Assembly: GCF_003704095.1 (NCBI RefSeq)
Contig: NW_020847149.1
Location: forward strand, 62,001 to 126,000
DNA length: 64,000 nt
Direction of reading: 5' to 3'
Source: Pocillopora damicornis
Lineage: Eukaryota
Shown: positions 47,201-60,900 of the stretch, one piece after another
How the letters are laid out: each line of letters begins with the position of its first letter
Position numbering within the stretch: position 1 is the first letter of the stretch
Translations under genes and position numbers: made by a program
Notes under the pieces: model-generated
Seen by the model: the letters and a program-made list of their open reading frames with translations, nothing else
Databases searched by the model: none
Told to the model about the DNA's origin: nothing

Positions 47201-50200
47201 TCTTTTATTTCAATAGAAAATAGTTTTTAATTAAAAATAAATTAATGTGAAGATGTTTGTCCATTGTTATAGGGTTACTGGAATAGTTGTAGTTGAAAGC
47301 AACAAAAGTCAGTGAATTACCATGAATGGTGACTAAATAGTTTGTTGCACTTTTTTTTTTTGGCTTGGAATGATGAAAAATGAGCAATTTGCGCTGGATT
47401 TACACCAAAAATTTCTGTAACCATTCCAGGAATAGATGGTTAAAATCATTTTTTTATACTATATCATTTCACTGTTGTAGTACATACTAAAACAACTATT
47501 CACCTGTAGTGGGGGTAAGTAGCTGGTTGTACACTGTAAAAACTTACCTCACCACTCCAGGGTACAGTAAACGTCAAACACCAGCCACCTGCACCTGGGT
47601 AAATAATTTTAATTTAACAAAGGGAGTTGGTTTAGTTAGTCATTTGCTTTGTTAAAGATCTAAAAGTTCAAATGTTTTGTATCTTTACAGATTCTTTTTA
47701 AAATTTTTCCTGAAATGCAATCAAAATTGTTTAAAAAATGCTGGAAATCCAAGGGACATGAGACGTTTCCAGGTAAAAAGAGCATTGACCTTAGATTTCA
47801 AATATTGCTTCCTTTTCTTGAGTGACCAAATGCAAATTACTGGTTCATGGGTGAAAAGGTTCTTGTCAGGAAATATTAAAAAACAATTCATTTTTCCTTC
47901 AGGTGCATGTTTCTTCCTCTCCTGATCCTGTTGCTGGAATGTTAGCTTGCTCTGATAACATGTTTGTGCATAACAATTCCAAACACGGTAGGAAAAGCCG
48001 CAAAGTGGAGTCTGCATATGGTAGGTTTTTATTTAAATGCGATGAAATAAAGGAAATGAATCGAAATATTAACAACATGCTGAGTTTTATCAGTAATCAT
48101 GCAAAAACATTGTCAGTGGTCATTTTTATGTTACAAATGTTGAGTGTCCTTTCTAATATAATGTTACTAATAGTTCTTAAATATCTCTTTGTATTTTGCA
48201 GCTTATCCATGTATCAAGGCTATTTGTCCCAATGAGGGATGGACAACTGGAGGAACAAATGTTGTAGTAATAGGAGAAAACTTTTTTGATGGTCTACAAG
48301 TGGTGTTTGGCTCACTAATTGTTTGGAGTGAGGTAATATATGATTCATTTGGTGGGATTCTAAGGGGTGGGGGGATTTTATTATAAGTTTGAAAAGTATT
48401 ATCATCAAGTCATGCTGATGAACAAAGCTTTCAATTGTTATCTGTGGAAATATGACCTTTTTTTTTAGCTCTGTTCAGGGGTTTTGTTTAAGGTTTGTTG
48501 ACATCACTTCGCATTGATTAAGTTTTTGCCTATAAAAGTAAAGCCTTTATATGGGCCCAAGTGGCCCATGGGGCTGGTGCTTAACTTTGGTTTTCTTAGC
48601 ATGAAGCGGCTAGGAGTATTGCTACTCCCCCCTGGATGGGATGCTAGTCCATCACAGGGTTAAAGTTTTTGCCTATGCTAATGATTAAAATAGCTTTAAA
48701 AGCATTTTGTTGAGTAGTCAAGGTTCAAGATTTCTCAAGCTTAATTAGCTTCATGATTGTGTCTACAGTCATATGTTAAAAAAAATTAATCTGACCGCAG
48801 ACATTAATCCTGTTTGTTTATTGGAAAAAAGGAGGGAAATTTCAAGTTTTCAAAGTGTTTGAGAGGGGGAAGTTGGGGTGAAACAATTGGTAGAAAACAC
48901 AGGAAGTAGTTGGACAGTGAGACTAGCTTACAGTATAATGTGCCTTGTGGCTTATTAAGCCCCCTGTAAGTGGGGGATTTCTTTGCCTTGATCTTAAGTT
49001 GAATTATTGTTGCCTTTCCTATGGATGAAGTTTATCACCCCTAATGCAATCCGTGTCCAAGCACCACCCAGACCCATCCCAGGCATGGTAGAAGTAACAC
49101 TTATGTACAGAAACAAGCAGTTCTGCAAGACAGCCCCTGGAAGATTCATGTACTCAGGTAAGAAACTGTAAAATATGAAGTGCTTGTAGTCTTTATTTAA
49201 TTTCCTTCTTTGTGGCCGGTCAGATGGATAATGAAGTGCAAAAAATTGCAAATCAGATTTCCAATGTTTATTAGCCAAATTTAACCATCAGTTACCTGTA
49301 GATGGCTTAGATTTTCAGCTTGCTTATTTTACTATTTCATGGCACCTACATCTATGAATGTTTTTGCCATTGTCAAAGAAAACTTTGCAAGAAGTCATCA
49401 TACTGTTTAAGTTTTTATATTGTTTTTATATTGGTTAATCAGTGATTAATGCTGTCACTCTATCCTTTGATTACAGCTCTTTGTGAACCAACCATTGACT
49501 ATGGCTTCCAAAGACTGACAAAGCTGATCCCAAGACACCCTGGTGATCCTGAAAAGTTACCTAAGGTAAATTATATATGAGATATGTTGGTTTTCCTTCT
49601 ATAAGATAGGATGAACATTAAAAAATTTCTTTAAATAGGACTTGAAAATTCTCATTTTATTACAAAACAAGGTTCTCTACAGGAGTGAGCAATCTAGAAT
49701 TTTCTTCAACTGAGAGAACTTAAAAATTTGATTTGCATATCACTATTTGCAGTTATTACCATTTCTGTTGTTAAGTTACTTTTGATCTTTGTGAGAATCC
49801 ACCTTGTACTTTCTCTACAGATTATCTCTCATCTGTTGAATTATTTTTCTAGGAAATCATTTTAAAGAGAGCAGCTGATCTTGCTGAAGCTGTGTGTTAC
49901 AACCTTCCTCGCACCCCAACTCAAATTCATGGGTCACAGTATCCACCCCCTGGGGGGCCACCACCCACCACTGCTGGTGGCACACATCCAATGATGATAG
50001 GACAGCACCTGACAGCCCTGTCCCCTGAAGGAATTACAAATGGAAGTACCTTCGTGACCATTACAAATCCAGAGGCTCCAGTCTATGGCAACACAAACCC
50101 TGGCAGCCAACAGCAGAGAATAGCAACTTCTGGGGCACACACTGATGCCAATAATAATGAAGTTATTGTCTCATCAGGTACTGATAACAACAGTCAAGGT

Positions 50201-53070
50201 TTTTCATGGAGGGTGAGGTTGAGGTGGTGGTTGCTAAAAATATTGGATGGTTTGGGTATAAAAATATGTAGTATAATAAGCCAATAATATCACATTGAGG
50301 ACAAGTATATCCATGAACTTTGTGAGTAGAGAGTTGTTGGAAAAGTGAGCAAGATTGTACTTTGTTGTGTTTTGCGTTGAGGCTCTTACTTTGAGGCCTT
50401 TGTTGTATGCCTTTGAGGCTTGTAACATTGGAGGCCATATCTCAAAGATGTGAAGTATCCAATACTATGTATTGTGTTTGTGTCCATTAGGTTTAGTTAG
50501 ATGTGGAGGACACAATATGTCATTTCTACCTGGTTTCACTTGTTCAGCAATCTCATATCTGTTTTCCTCCTCAGATGAATTGTTCTCCGTAATAGACCAA
50601 GTTGAACAATATAGATGGTTAATAAATTTTTTTACACTCTTAGGTAGCAGCACTCCAACTGCAAGGCATGTCAATTTGCCACCTGGTTATCCCCATGGTG
50701 GATCTCTGGCAAGTGAAGCACATGTTGTCTCCAATTCTGATGTGCCTGTAACACCCTCGGCAGCAATCAGCATGTCAAGTGCTGTAAATGGTATCAATGC
50801 ATACCCTGGGGGACTTCCACCATCGATTACATTACACAACATGGCAGTTCCTTCATCACCAAGTTTCCTCAATGGTGCCACATGTAAGTTAGAGAGTTTC
50901 ACAACGTCAAGTTAACTCTATTGATAACTCTATTTTATTGGTTATTGCTACACTTTTTTCACCGCACTATTTATTACTGGTAACTTGTAGAAATCTGTTT
51001 AACCATCTGATGATTATTTGATTTATGCCCATGTTTGGCCCATGGAAAGATTGTTTATTAGAGACTGGGTACTTGCTTCTCAATAACATTTTCACTCCCT
51101 TGATCTCATTAGTATTTGTCCTTCCTATCTGCCATACAATTCTTAAATGTTAGTTTGGAGATTTTGGTATTGGATCAACTGATAATCCCCTAATTTATAT
51201 TTTTCTTTATTTTCACTGCTTGTCTGCTTGATACTGTATTGATATTGTGAGGAGAAATTCTGTCTTGGTCAATAGTTGGAGATCTTTTCTTAAATTCTTT
51301 ACATCATTTTAAAGCCAAAAACAAAGCAGAACTTTGGAGGAGCTGATGATCCTTGGAACAAAATGTGCCTTCACTTGGAAATACCAATTAAGACAAATTA
51401 TAAGTAAATGAATATAAATCTATGCTTGTCAACCAAGCTGCATTTTGTTTTACTCAATCTTGCATTGTGTTTAATGTTATAGTTGTTCCCCAATCTCCAT
51501 CACTTCCTCCAACACCCAGCAGTGTACCACCCAGTGGAAATGCAGGAATGTTTGCCTTTCCACCAAACATGATTCAGGCTGTCAAACAAAAGAGTGCATT
51601 TAATCCTGTGATGAGACCACCCAATGTGTCTGAGGGAAGTACACCCACTGGCTCACATGGAAACTCTGCTGTTATTGTGCCAGGTGAGTGAGAAGAAAAT
51701 GAAATTGTTTGAATTAGTGCTCATTTTTCTTAATAATAGATGAAATACTTTAGATGACAAGAAATGAATTTATTCTCCTAGGTAAAATGTTACTTTAACC
51801 CTTCAACACCTGAGAATTGCTAGTATCTACATTAAATTTCTCCCAACTTTATCATCCCTGAATGATACATTCAGGTCATGAGAATAAAGGAAATGATCAC
51901 CAACTAAAGAACCTGTTGACTGGTTACGTAAATTCGTCTCGTCGGCACCTAGGATAATGTGTAGAGAACAATATGGAGATTATGCATACTGATGTTAGGG
52001 TTAGTGTCAAGTGTTGATAAAAGCCATTTCAGCAGGAAATAAGTCAGTGTTTGATAAGGCTGGAACTGTGCACCCTTGTTAAATGCTACTTCAAACGTAG
52101 GTACAAAACCAACGTTGGGAGTAAGGAAGATTTTAGGAAGTTCTTTGAATCTAACCCTAAACTGAATTTCCGTTTCTGAGTTAGTCATCGCGAATATTTA
52201 AGAATTTGTTCATGCTTAGCGTGCGGATATCGAGTTATGGATGCAAGCGGGAAGTTTGGAGAGCGCGAAAAATGCGTAAGAGTAGCTCGAGGCGCAGCCG
52301 AGAACAACTCTAGCTCTAACTCAATATACGTACAGCTAAAAGCATGAGCAAATTCTTTTATATAACAGAAAAAGATTTTCCATCGGGTTGAAAATGTTAC
52401 GAAACAATTGGTTCATACGTCAGCTGTGCGTTCATCGAGATATGAAGCACGCGGGAAGTTTGGAGAGCATGAAAGATGTGTAAGAGTAGCTCGAGGCGTA
52501 GCCGAGAGCAACTCTAGCTTCTTGACTCAAGAAGCTAGAGTTAGCATTCTCTCTAGCTTCTCTAACTCTAGCTTCTTGACTCAAGAAGCTAGAGTTGCTC
52601 TCGGCTACGCCTCGAGCAACTCTTACGCATCTTTCGTGCTCTCCAATTGGAGAATTGGTTCAATTGGTTCATACGTCAGCGTGCGTTCATCGAGATATGA
52701 AGCACGCGGGAAGTTTGGAGAACACGAAAGATGCGTAAGAGTTCGAGGCGTAGCCGAGAACAACTCTAGGTTCTTGAGTGACGTCTTAAACATTGCAGTT
52801 TGGAGAAGTTTGGAGAACACGAAAGATGCGTAAGAGTTGCTCGAGGCGTAGCCGAGAGCAACTCTAGGTTCTTGAGCGACGTCTTAAACATTGCTTTTTG
52901 CTATGGTTTATCTGTTTATACTAGAATGGCCGAATATCGACTGCTTACGCGTTATCGTGGTTTCTTCATATTCTACAGGTATGCCTTCCTCCTTTGGTGG
53001 CACATTTGCAATTCCTGTAAGTGCTGCAGTCCAGTCCAAGCCAGCGAGCCATGTGGGAGCAACCTCTTAA
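44283..53070 (+). CDS. COE: Collier/Olf/EBF transcription factor (15 coding exons)
   Basis: Exons 44283-44371, 44559-44715, 44825-44882, 45395-45450, 45947-46020, 46179-46247, 47691-47772, 47903-48020, 48202-48332, 49031-49157, 49477-49565, 49853-50177 (or 50198), 50644-50883, 51483-51683 and 52979-53070. Motifs: [24 protein letters not shown], zinc knuckle [17 protein letters not shown] domain, HLH with a single H2 helix ([13 protein letters not shown], the non-vertebrate state) and C-terminal AVKQKSAF. Confidence 0.97.
48552..48660 (-). mobile_element. 3' fragment of a CORE-type SINE
   Basis: AGCATGAAGCGGCTAGGAGTATTGCTACTCCCCCCTGGATGGGATGCTAGTCCATCACAGGG is the reverse complement of the 3' part of the element at about 16700. 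Confidence 0.6.
51799..52000. mobile_element. piggyBac-type MITE
   Basis: TTAA|CCCTTCAACACC left end and a body aligning with the 32354 copy. Confidence 0.7.
52200..52894. repeat. Tandem and inverted cluster of a hairpin repeat in the last COE intron
   Basis: Four forward copies and one inverted copy of TTTGGAGA(G/A)CACGAAAGATGCGTAAGAGTTGCTCGAGGCGTAGCCGAGAGCAACTCTAG, plus two identical 33-bp palindromes at 52510-52542 and 52564-52596. Confidence 0.9.
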
Positions 53071-54996
53071 GTCACCGCATTACAAGCACAAGCACAAGCA
53101 CATCACGCACACGGGGTCAGAACATTGACTGCAGTGAACAATTGCTCAGGAGGCTTCGCTGGAGAAATAGAATCGGCATTATTATGTACTTAGAGAAGAT
53201 CACACTGTTGAACAATCGAAAAATTGCCTTGAATCAACGAAATGCTTTGTGCGTTTACATAGCCGCCGAAGTAACTGGTGACTCTTAATTTCTTTGTTCA
53301 CAGAGTCTATGAAATTCTAATTTAACATCCTGAGGAGGCTTTGCCATTAAGGAAGATAAAACGTCGCCTTGTTTTATCCAGCAGTCCACTTTAGTATGTG
53401 TATATATATATATTTTTTTTCATTGAATTTGTTTGTTTTACACAAGTTTTCTACAAACGTACTCTATTTTGGAGTCTGGGAAATAATCGAATTTTTTAAT
53501 ATAAATTTAAGATATATTTTTTCAGGCTTTTTCTTTTGAGAGAAAAATTATAAATATTCATTGAATGCGGACACAATTAGTGTCGTATTATTTTCCTAAA
53601 AGTTAATATATTTCTTGTACTATACGTATTTTTCAAGCAATATTGGACGGTTTCGAACATTTTTGAGAAGCAGTTGGAATAATGCTTGAGTCGTACAACT
53701 TAACTTATTTTTCTATAAACGAAACGCTATTTCTATAATGGATACAGACTAGAATAATTTCACATTGACCGTAAACGATATTTATTTTTTCCTAGTTTGT
53801 AAGATGATAATTATTTAGAATGGGTTGTAAGTATTTTAATCGGTAAATCGTAGATTTCCCTTCGATTTACTTAAATATGTATGGAACAATTAAGCCAAAT
53901 GCAAAACAAGAAGCATACAGCAACCACAACATCCACTGCAGCATATTAGAAAAGTGGTCGAATTGGAATAATTTTCTTGGAGAATATTCCGTAGCACAAA
54001 ACTTCGTGTCACACAATTTTGTCACATAATTCATCTTTAACACTATGTCACGCAGAAGACTGTTATGTGACAGTCTTGTGAAGGCCATGTGCAAGTTCAT
54101 TGATACGCTCTAAATATCTACCATAAACTGTAAACGTTCATCGAATCATAACCAGTTCCTATCAATTGCAACATGTTTAAAACAGGTTTATCTGTTTCAT
54201 CCTGTAATAGCCGAGTATTTTCCACGTGTTCTCGAGAACGTGTAGATATATTTTTGGTGTGAGACGTTTTTTTTTTAACTAATGGTGTGAAATTAAATAT
54301 ATATTTTCAAACTCATTGTGTCGCTTTTTGAAGTCCACACTGCCATTAACCTTTAATTTTTGAGCATCGAAAATCATCAACTCTTACTGGGTTTTGTTTG
54401 TCTCCAATCGGACTCAAGCGTCCGAAACCGAACGAAAGTGTCCTAAATCGGAAATATTTTCTCTTTGTGTGTTCGTGCGAGGTGTTATCTTTGCAGATGG
54501 CATTTTCATGGTTTTTTTTTTCTGATTATCAAATGAAGCACGAGGCGACGTGCTTTTACGTGCTTTTAAGGGGGATATGTTTCCGGAGAAACAACTATGG
54601 TACTGCTTCAGCGGGGCTGTTATCAACTTGGTTGATGAAGAAAATTGGCCATCGTAAAGATGTTGCTAAGCTTTGAAAACTCTACGGTGGCCAATTCAAA
54701 ATATTCAACTCGGTTGATAAAACTAAATTATTTTAAAACCTGAAGCAGTCTTTATTTTTTCCAAATCCTTGATCCCTGCGCGGCTTCTGTTTCGCTCGGA
54801 CTACGATTCACCCCAGCCTCGAACAAGCGGGATCGGAGCGAGAGATAACCTTATCGGGTCGGGACCTATCGGGTGAATGGATCTTTTTTGAATGGGCTGT
54901 GCACACGATACCTGTGAATGGTCCTTCGTGTCCATGCCCTTAAGGACTTACCTCTGACAAAGCCAAAACATTTCGTTCGGCACAATGACCTGATGG

Positions 54997-57900
54997 ATGG
55001 GGAAAAGAATGAATGCCTTGCGGTATTGTTTTGTAATTTATATTCTCTCAGGATCTATCCTCTGTGAATTAAGCAAATGTACACTGAATCCTGACCACAC
55101 TGAGGAGATCTGTAACGGTGGAGGTTCTTTCTATCGTATCGAAAGCTGTCGCGAGAGGTGAGATATTTCGCGTAAAGTTTGTCGAATTGTCTTATCTGTT
55201 TCCTCAAACTCGTCAAACATCGAAATTTTTTAATTTTTATTTTTTATAAAAAAAAGAGTAAGTAGAAACATGGTTAGTGTGCTAGTGATTTTTGATACGT
55301 ATGTGTTCCTTATTTAATTTATCTAAGAGCTTCGGTTGTGAAATTCGATTGCGAATTGAATAATTTTTGTTGACTTTTGGTTATATTTATATACAACAAC
55401 TTGGGTGATAAATGTGTCGAAGATGAGCATTTTTGAATGGTCCTACTCAAAACAGTGTTTTGAAGTATTGTCAGAGTGGTCTAAAATGGACATCCTTATC
55501 GAAAAAGTAAAACTTTTCGCCTCTTTCTTCGCCATAGAAAAGAACGTGACTTGAAAAGTGGATAGTTATGTATGAGCATAGAAGATTTCCATAATACATC
55601 CATTTGATAACCAGCTGGTTTTCTAAAGAAGAGTTGTAACAGAAAATACCGTCATAAAAATTTTTTGAAAGTGTAGATGTGAGAATTTATGATCATGGAT
55701 ACTGATGACCTGTTTAACAAAATTTATTTTTAAGGGCAATTTATTGAAGAATAAATTACTTACCACGATTAGCATTTCATTTCTGTGATGACTGTACTTT
55801 TTATATCATGGAGAAAAAGGAATAGACTTTAGCTCAGATGTTTACACGGTTCAGCTGGCATCTGCTCATTTCCTGTTAGGATATGGAATATACCAGGGTA
55901 TAATGCTAGGGGGTTTTTTGCCTGTCATTTTGTAATAAATGTTTTGAACTGTATGACATGTGTTTATCACATGGTTTTAAGGTTTGGTTAAGGAGCATAG
56001 CAATAAAGAATACCACAAATTACAGGAACTAGACAGAAGTTACCATTAGATTTACATGGTTCTTACTTATATTTTGCCTTTTGGCTTAATGAAAGAATCA
56101 AATTATGTAGCTACACAATTGTATTAAGGGCTGGATTTCAGATGTCTGGAAAACTATATTTTGCTGACATATCAGGAGACTGTCAAATGTTTGTCTTTCG
56201 GATTACAGATGCCACATTATTTGTGACACAGGAGTAGTCAGAAGCCAAGCATTATAAGATGATTGGTAAAAAGCTAAAACTATCTTTGTGGTCTGGATAG
56301 GAAAAATAGAAGTTTTCCTATATCTTAAGTAAATGATTGCTGCTGATTTTCATGGAAATCTGGGATGCATTGGGAAAATAGAAATGGTTCCTGATTTTTC
56401 CTAACGTGTCAGGGGTCATTGCAAACAATTGGAATGTTTAGGGGTTGAGTCTTTAGTCAGAAAACTCTGGGATGGCCAGAAAACAGAGAAATCCCCAACC
56501 ATCTGGGATTGTCCCCAACTTAAAAACCAACCTAAGTAAATTTCAAAGTGGTTCTAACTTTGATTTTGAATTTTTCTTTAGGCATGGAGAATCAGATGTC
56601 AATATACCTGTAACACCAAAACCATCCAGGTCTGCTTGGCTCATTGAGACAGATGAGTAAGAAACAAAGCCATTCTTCTCACAAGTTATATTTGTTAGAT
56701 GACAGTCAGTGACAAAAGTCTTGGAAATGTTGAATGAAATTTTTTAATCAGATTGTGATGACAATGTTTGTTAAAAAAAAATAAACTGAAACTTAAAACT
56801 TTGCACTTTTTCAGACCCAAAAACAACCGATCTGTGATACTGAATATAATTAAGTTTTCACGACTGTGTGGTAATATGAAATTGTATATTTATGATGGAA
56901 CCTCAGTACGATCACCACTTATTGCCATATACAGGTAAGATGTTATTCTGTTAATACAACCAGTTTGGAGAATATTGGGTGTCAATTTTGATAATCATGG
57001 AAATTGTTTTGTGATCATAATGGATCAATCACTTTATAGCTTCAACATCCCTTCCCTGGGCAACCCCCTGGGCATTTGATCTCTAATAGATTGGTTTGTT
57101 CAAATTCCTGCCTCCCAAGGCAAAAGATGTGTTCAAGTGCCCCACCTAATTTTTTTGTGACCAAGCTTTAAAACCTAGACCTTATGGACCTTATAGACCT
57201 TTTCTTCGGAACCGTTTGCTTGCAAAAGTGAGCTATATGTATTTACTTTAAAACAGATACAATGCATCTACTCTGCTGGAAAAACGTCACACTGCCAGTT
57301 CAAATTCCCCACCCAAACCAGGCAAGGTTCAAACTCTCCACCTGCTGGGCACAGATGATGGTCAAATGCATGTTGGTTGTCTGAGGGGAAGGGGGATTGC
57401 TGAAGCTTCAAATCGATCAGCACATAAAGTCATAGTAACAAGTGTGGTTTGAATCACTGATAAAATTTTATTGTGTGGGCACCAAGCTGTGATGCGAACC
57501 CAGTTACTTGTGAAACTCAGATAGTTCTGAACACTTTTTATTGGATTCTGACTGGTTAATTGGGAACTCACCACTCACAGTAAAGTTCAAGCCAGGCAAA
57601 CAAATCTTGAGATGGCAAATTGATAGTTGCTGTTTGCAGTTTAGTGTTCTTACATGCTTGTTTGGCTTTTCCTCTGAAACACATAAACATTTGTGAAATA
57701 TTTCAAGGGTCCTAGTTGTTTGACTTTTGTTGTAAGTGCTCATCTGTTTGATAATCCTTTCGGGTGAGTCAGCGGGAAGCCTTATCATGGACTCATCTTG
57801 GTTACATGTATTTTCATTTGGGACTTACAGCAAGTAAGTGAAATCTGGGTCATTGAATATATATAGGCAGATTATTTACACAAAGTCTAACCCAAACCAT

Positions 57901-60900
57901 GGTTTTATGCAGGCAGTGGGCCTCAGGTATGCTCTTTAAGAGGGTTGAATTGATTAAATTAATGTCTGTTAGTTTTTAGCCTTATTGACACTGTTCCCAA
58001 AAACAAATGTTCAGATAAAAGGTTTGGCTAAATTTAAAAGATAGTTTAGAACCAAGTTTCATTGAAGAATGGCTAAACTTTGTTCAAGTAGCAAGCTCCA
58101 TGTTTTCAAATGGGAAGCATACAAATTAACATGTAGCTTTTGAATTATTTTCAGTAACCTTATCAAAGCCAGGACCAGAGAAAAGCCTAGTCCACTTCTT
58201 CAAGCAACATCTGGATCTGCACTTATTGTTCTCAGTAGAAGAAATGACAAGATAGATGATTGTTGCTTTGTCATTAAGTACAGGTAAGGCATAAAGTTCA
58301 TTTCTATACTTTGCACACCACAAGTTAAAAAGGAAATTGATTTGGCACTTAATTTCTTCTTTAAATATTTAGATACACCACAATAACAAAATTGTTGATT
58401 GGCTTTTCAACTGTAGAATGTACATTTTATCGAAATTAAATTAAGTGCAGTTTTCAACGTTCCCCATTGAAACTTATTTCCTAATTATAATCTCAATAAC
58501 TTTGCTAATTTATCATGCTATTGTATTATACTTATTGATTTTCATTCAAATTAAGAATGTGTCCTTCCAAAACAAATGAAGAAAACTATTGCCAGTACTG
58601 GTTATAACAGATAGTGCTTTGGAACTTATAAGCCATTGCTTCTTCTTATTTCACCTCTTTCAATGTTGTAGTTTTGAGGAGAAGTGCCCCATAGAGTGTG
58701 GCAGGCATGGTCTATGTTCAAAAGGGATTTGTAATTGTAGTGCTGGGTGGACGTCCAGAAACTGCAGCTTACCAACATGTCCAGTTGTATGTAATAATGG
58801 CTCATGTGATGTCAAGACCAGGAAGTGTAACTGTGCCAGTGGATATTCAGGTTTGTGAAAATTCTGAAATTATGCCCTCTTATCCTCACTTACCAGTATA
58901 TAGACCCTTAGAAGTGTTATAGTGCTAACTCATGCTATATGCTTGAAGCATATTGATCATTAGTAACAGTTGTTTATATTAGTATAAATTGATAAATATT
59001 AAATGCAAATGTAACAATAATAATCATAACATATCACTTTACTTCAGCTGCAAGTTCCCTTCAAGTTTAGCTGGGAGGTTTAAATCCTTTCAACTTTTGT
59101 TTTCCATTCCTTCCTGATTGAAATAGACCTTTTGGAGCTCAAAATGAAAAGTAATTAATTATTCTAAACCATACAAGATATGTTCAGAAATGCAGGCAGT
59201 AACAAAAATGGTAAAAATTCGTCAAAATTGTCAAATCAGCCAAGCCGATTCTTCAAATCCTTGAATTTTCACCTAGTTTGACAAGTTTTATTGTGTTTAG
59301 ATTGGTTCATGTTCTTTGTGTTTGGATGCAAACCACTAAGAAAAATTGTTATTAAAAAATATATATTTTTAGTCATTTTTTTAAAGCCCGGCACCACCAC
59401 CTAAAAGCCTTTCTGGGAGGAACTTTTTTTTTAAAGAAAACAAAAACAAATAGAGCAGGTGAAACTAAAAAAAAAAAAAGATTTTGTTGGCTTACAGTGT
59501 ATTTCTTTATTTTCATGTCTGAGGAAAGTTTGCCACAAAGTTTTGTCCTAATTTGCATGAACCAGTTCTTGTGACTTGTGTTCAAACATAATGAAGGTGG
59601 ATGAAGTTAAATGTATTTCCTGTTAATCCTGTGGGAACCTTTGAGTGATAAATGTTTGATGTTGCAGGAGAATCATGTAATATCACTGATAATAGGAACT
59701 TTTGGAGCTCACCCGTGGCAAATAACCAAGGTAAATTGTCATGCCTTAGACTCTCTGACTCATGGGAGCTAATAAGTCTCTAATGCTTTTAAATTAGAGG
59801 TCTATGGAAAAGGGGTGTCTATTGCCAAAATGATGGTTGTTTTTATTCCCTCTAAACCATTGTTCAGCTTTAATTTGTAAAAGCTGGAAACGATGTGCAT
59901 TTCATTTGTAGATCATGCAATGGAATTGTTGTCAAAAGAAAACCTGTTTTAGAATTTTCTGTCTATACCTTAGTGGGTAATGTTGGTTATAAACATCTAT
60001 GAAATTGTGACAATTATAGCATAACTGTTTTCAAAGGAAATTGTGCAATAATTATTGATTGAGTTCGGGGCAGGTACAAATTTGTTGCAGAACTTCATGT
60101 GTATGCAAAGAAAAATGAGGAATAGGTCATGGGAAGGAGATAGGTTTATCAGAAACTTTACCCCCTCAATGGGGGTTCATGAAAGTGGAATTTTATAATA
60201 CTTGTTTGGTTGTATTAAATTTTCATGAAATGTTGTGTTTAAGTTCTGCTTTGGGCAAACAATTATTCCCCTTTTTTAAATTACTGAAAATGTAGCAAGC
60301 ACATAAATTGTGCAGAGTGTGTAGTGCTTACTAGAGTCTGTTGGTGCATGAACATTCCTGTGTGGTCTTCATTCATTGATATTCAGTTTTAAACTTCTCT
60401 TAATTTAAGATGCTTTAGATGGTGTTTCTTCTCATGCTATGGCTGTAGTTGGAAATTACATATGGGTTTTTGGTGGATTTTCATTATCAAAAGGACCCCT
60501 GGATGTATTAGCAAGGTACTATCTAGGCCAATATTCAAGTGGTGTATTTTTTATTTCTTTAATTGTATTACAGATCAGTAACAGGTTTTTCTTTGAGGTA
60601 TTAAGAAGCCAAACTTAAAGTTTTCTGAAAATTAGATGATTGTGGGTCCAGAGGACCCATGTGAGGGGCTTAAGTCCATTGTTTCTAGGGGTTGGGGTGC
60701 ACTCCCTGGATTTTGTTTTTGAATTGAAGGCTGAAAAACGTATTTCCTGGCATTTTGGGGCTTGTAACTTGACATTAGAGAGACAATTTAAGCTGCAATT
60801 ATGCTGTGAAATTTTTGTCTCAAAATCCAATGTGTGGGACAACAAATTATATTGTATGTACAATGTACTTTCCTGCACAGCAGTATGATTTGTTGAAAAA

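Noticed and set aside
52200-52894. CRISPR-like array, and the ORFs 52408-52833, 52623-52820 and 52800-53288
   Set aside because: No unique spacers of constant length, mixed orientations, eukaryotic intron context and no cas genes. The ORFs are translations of the repeat.
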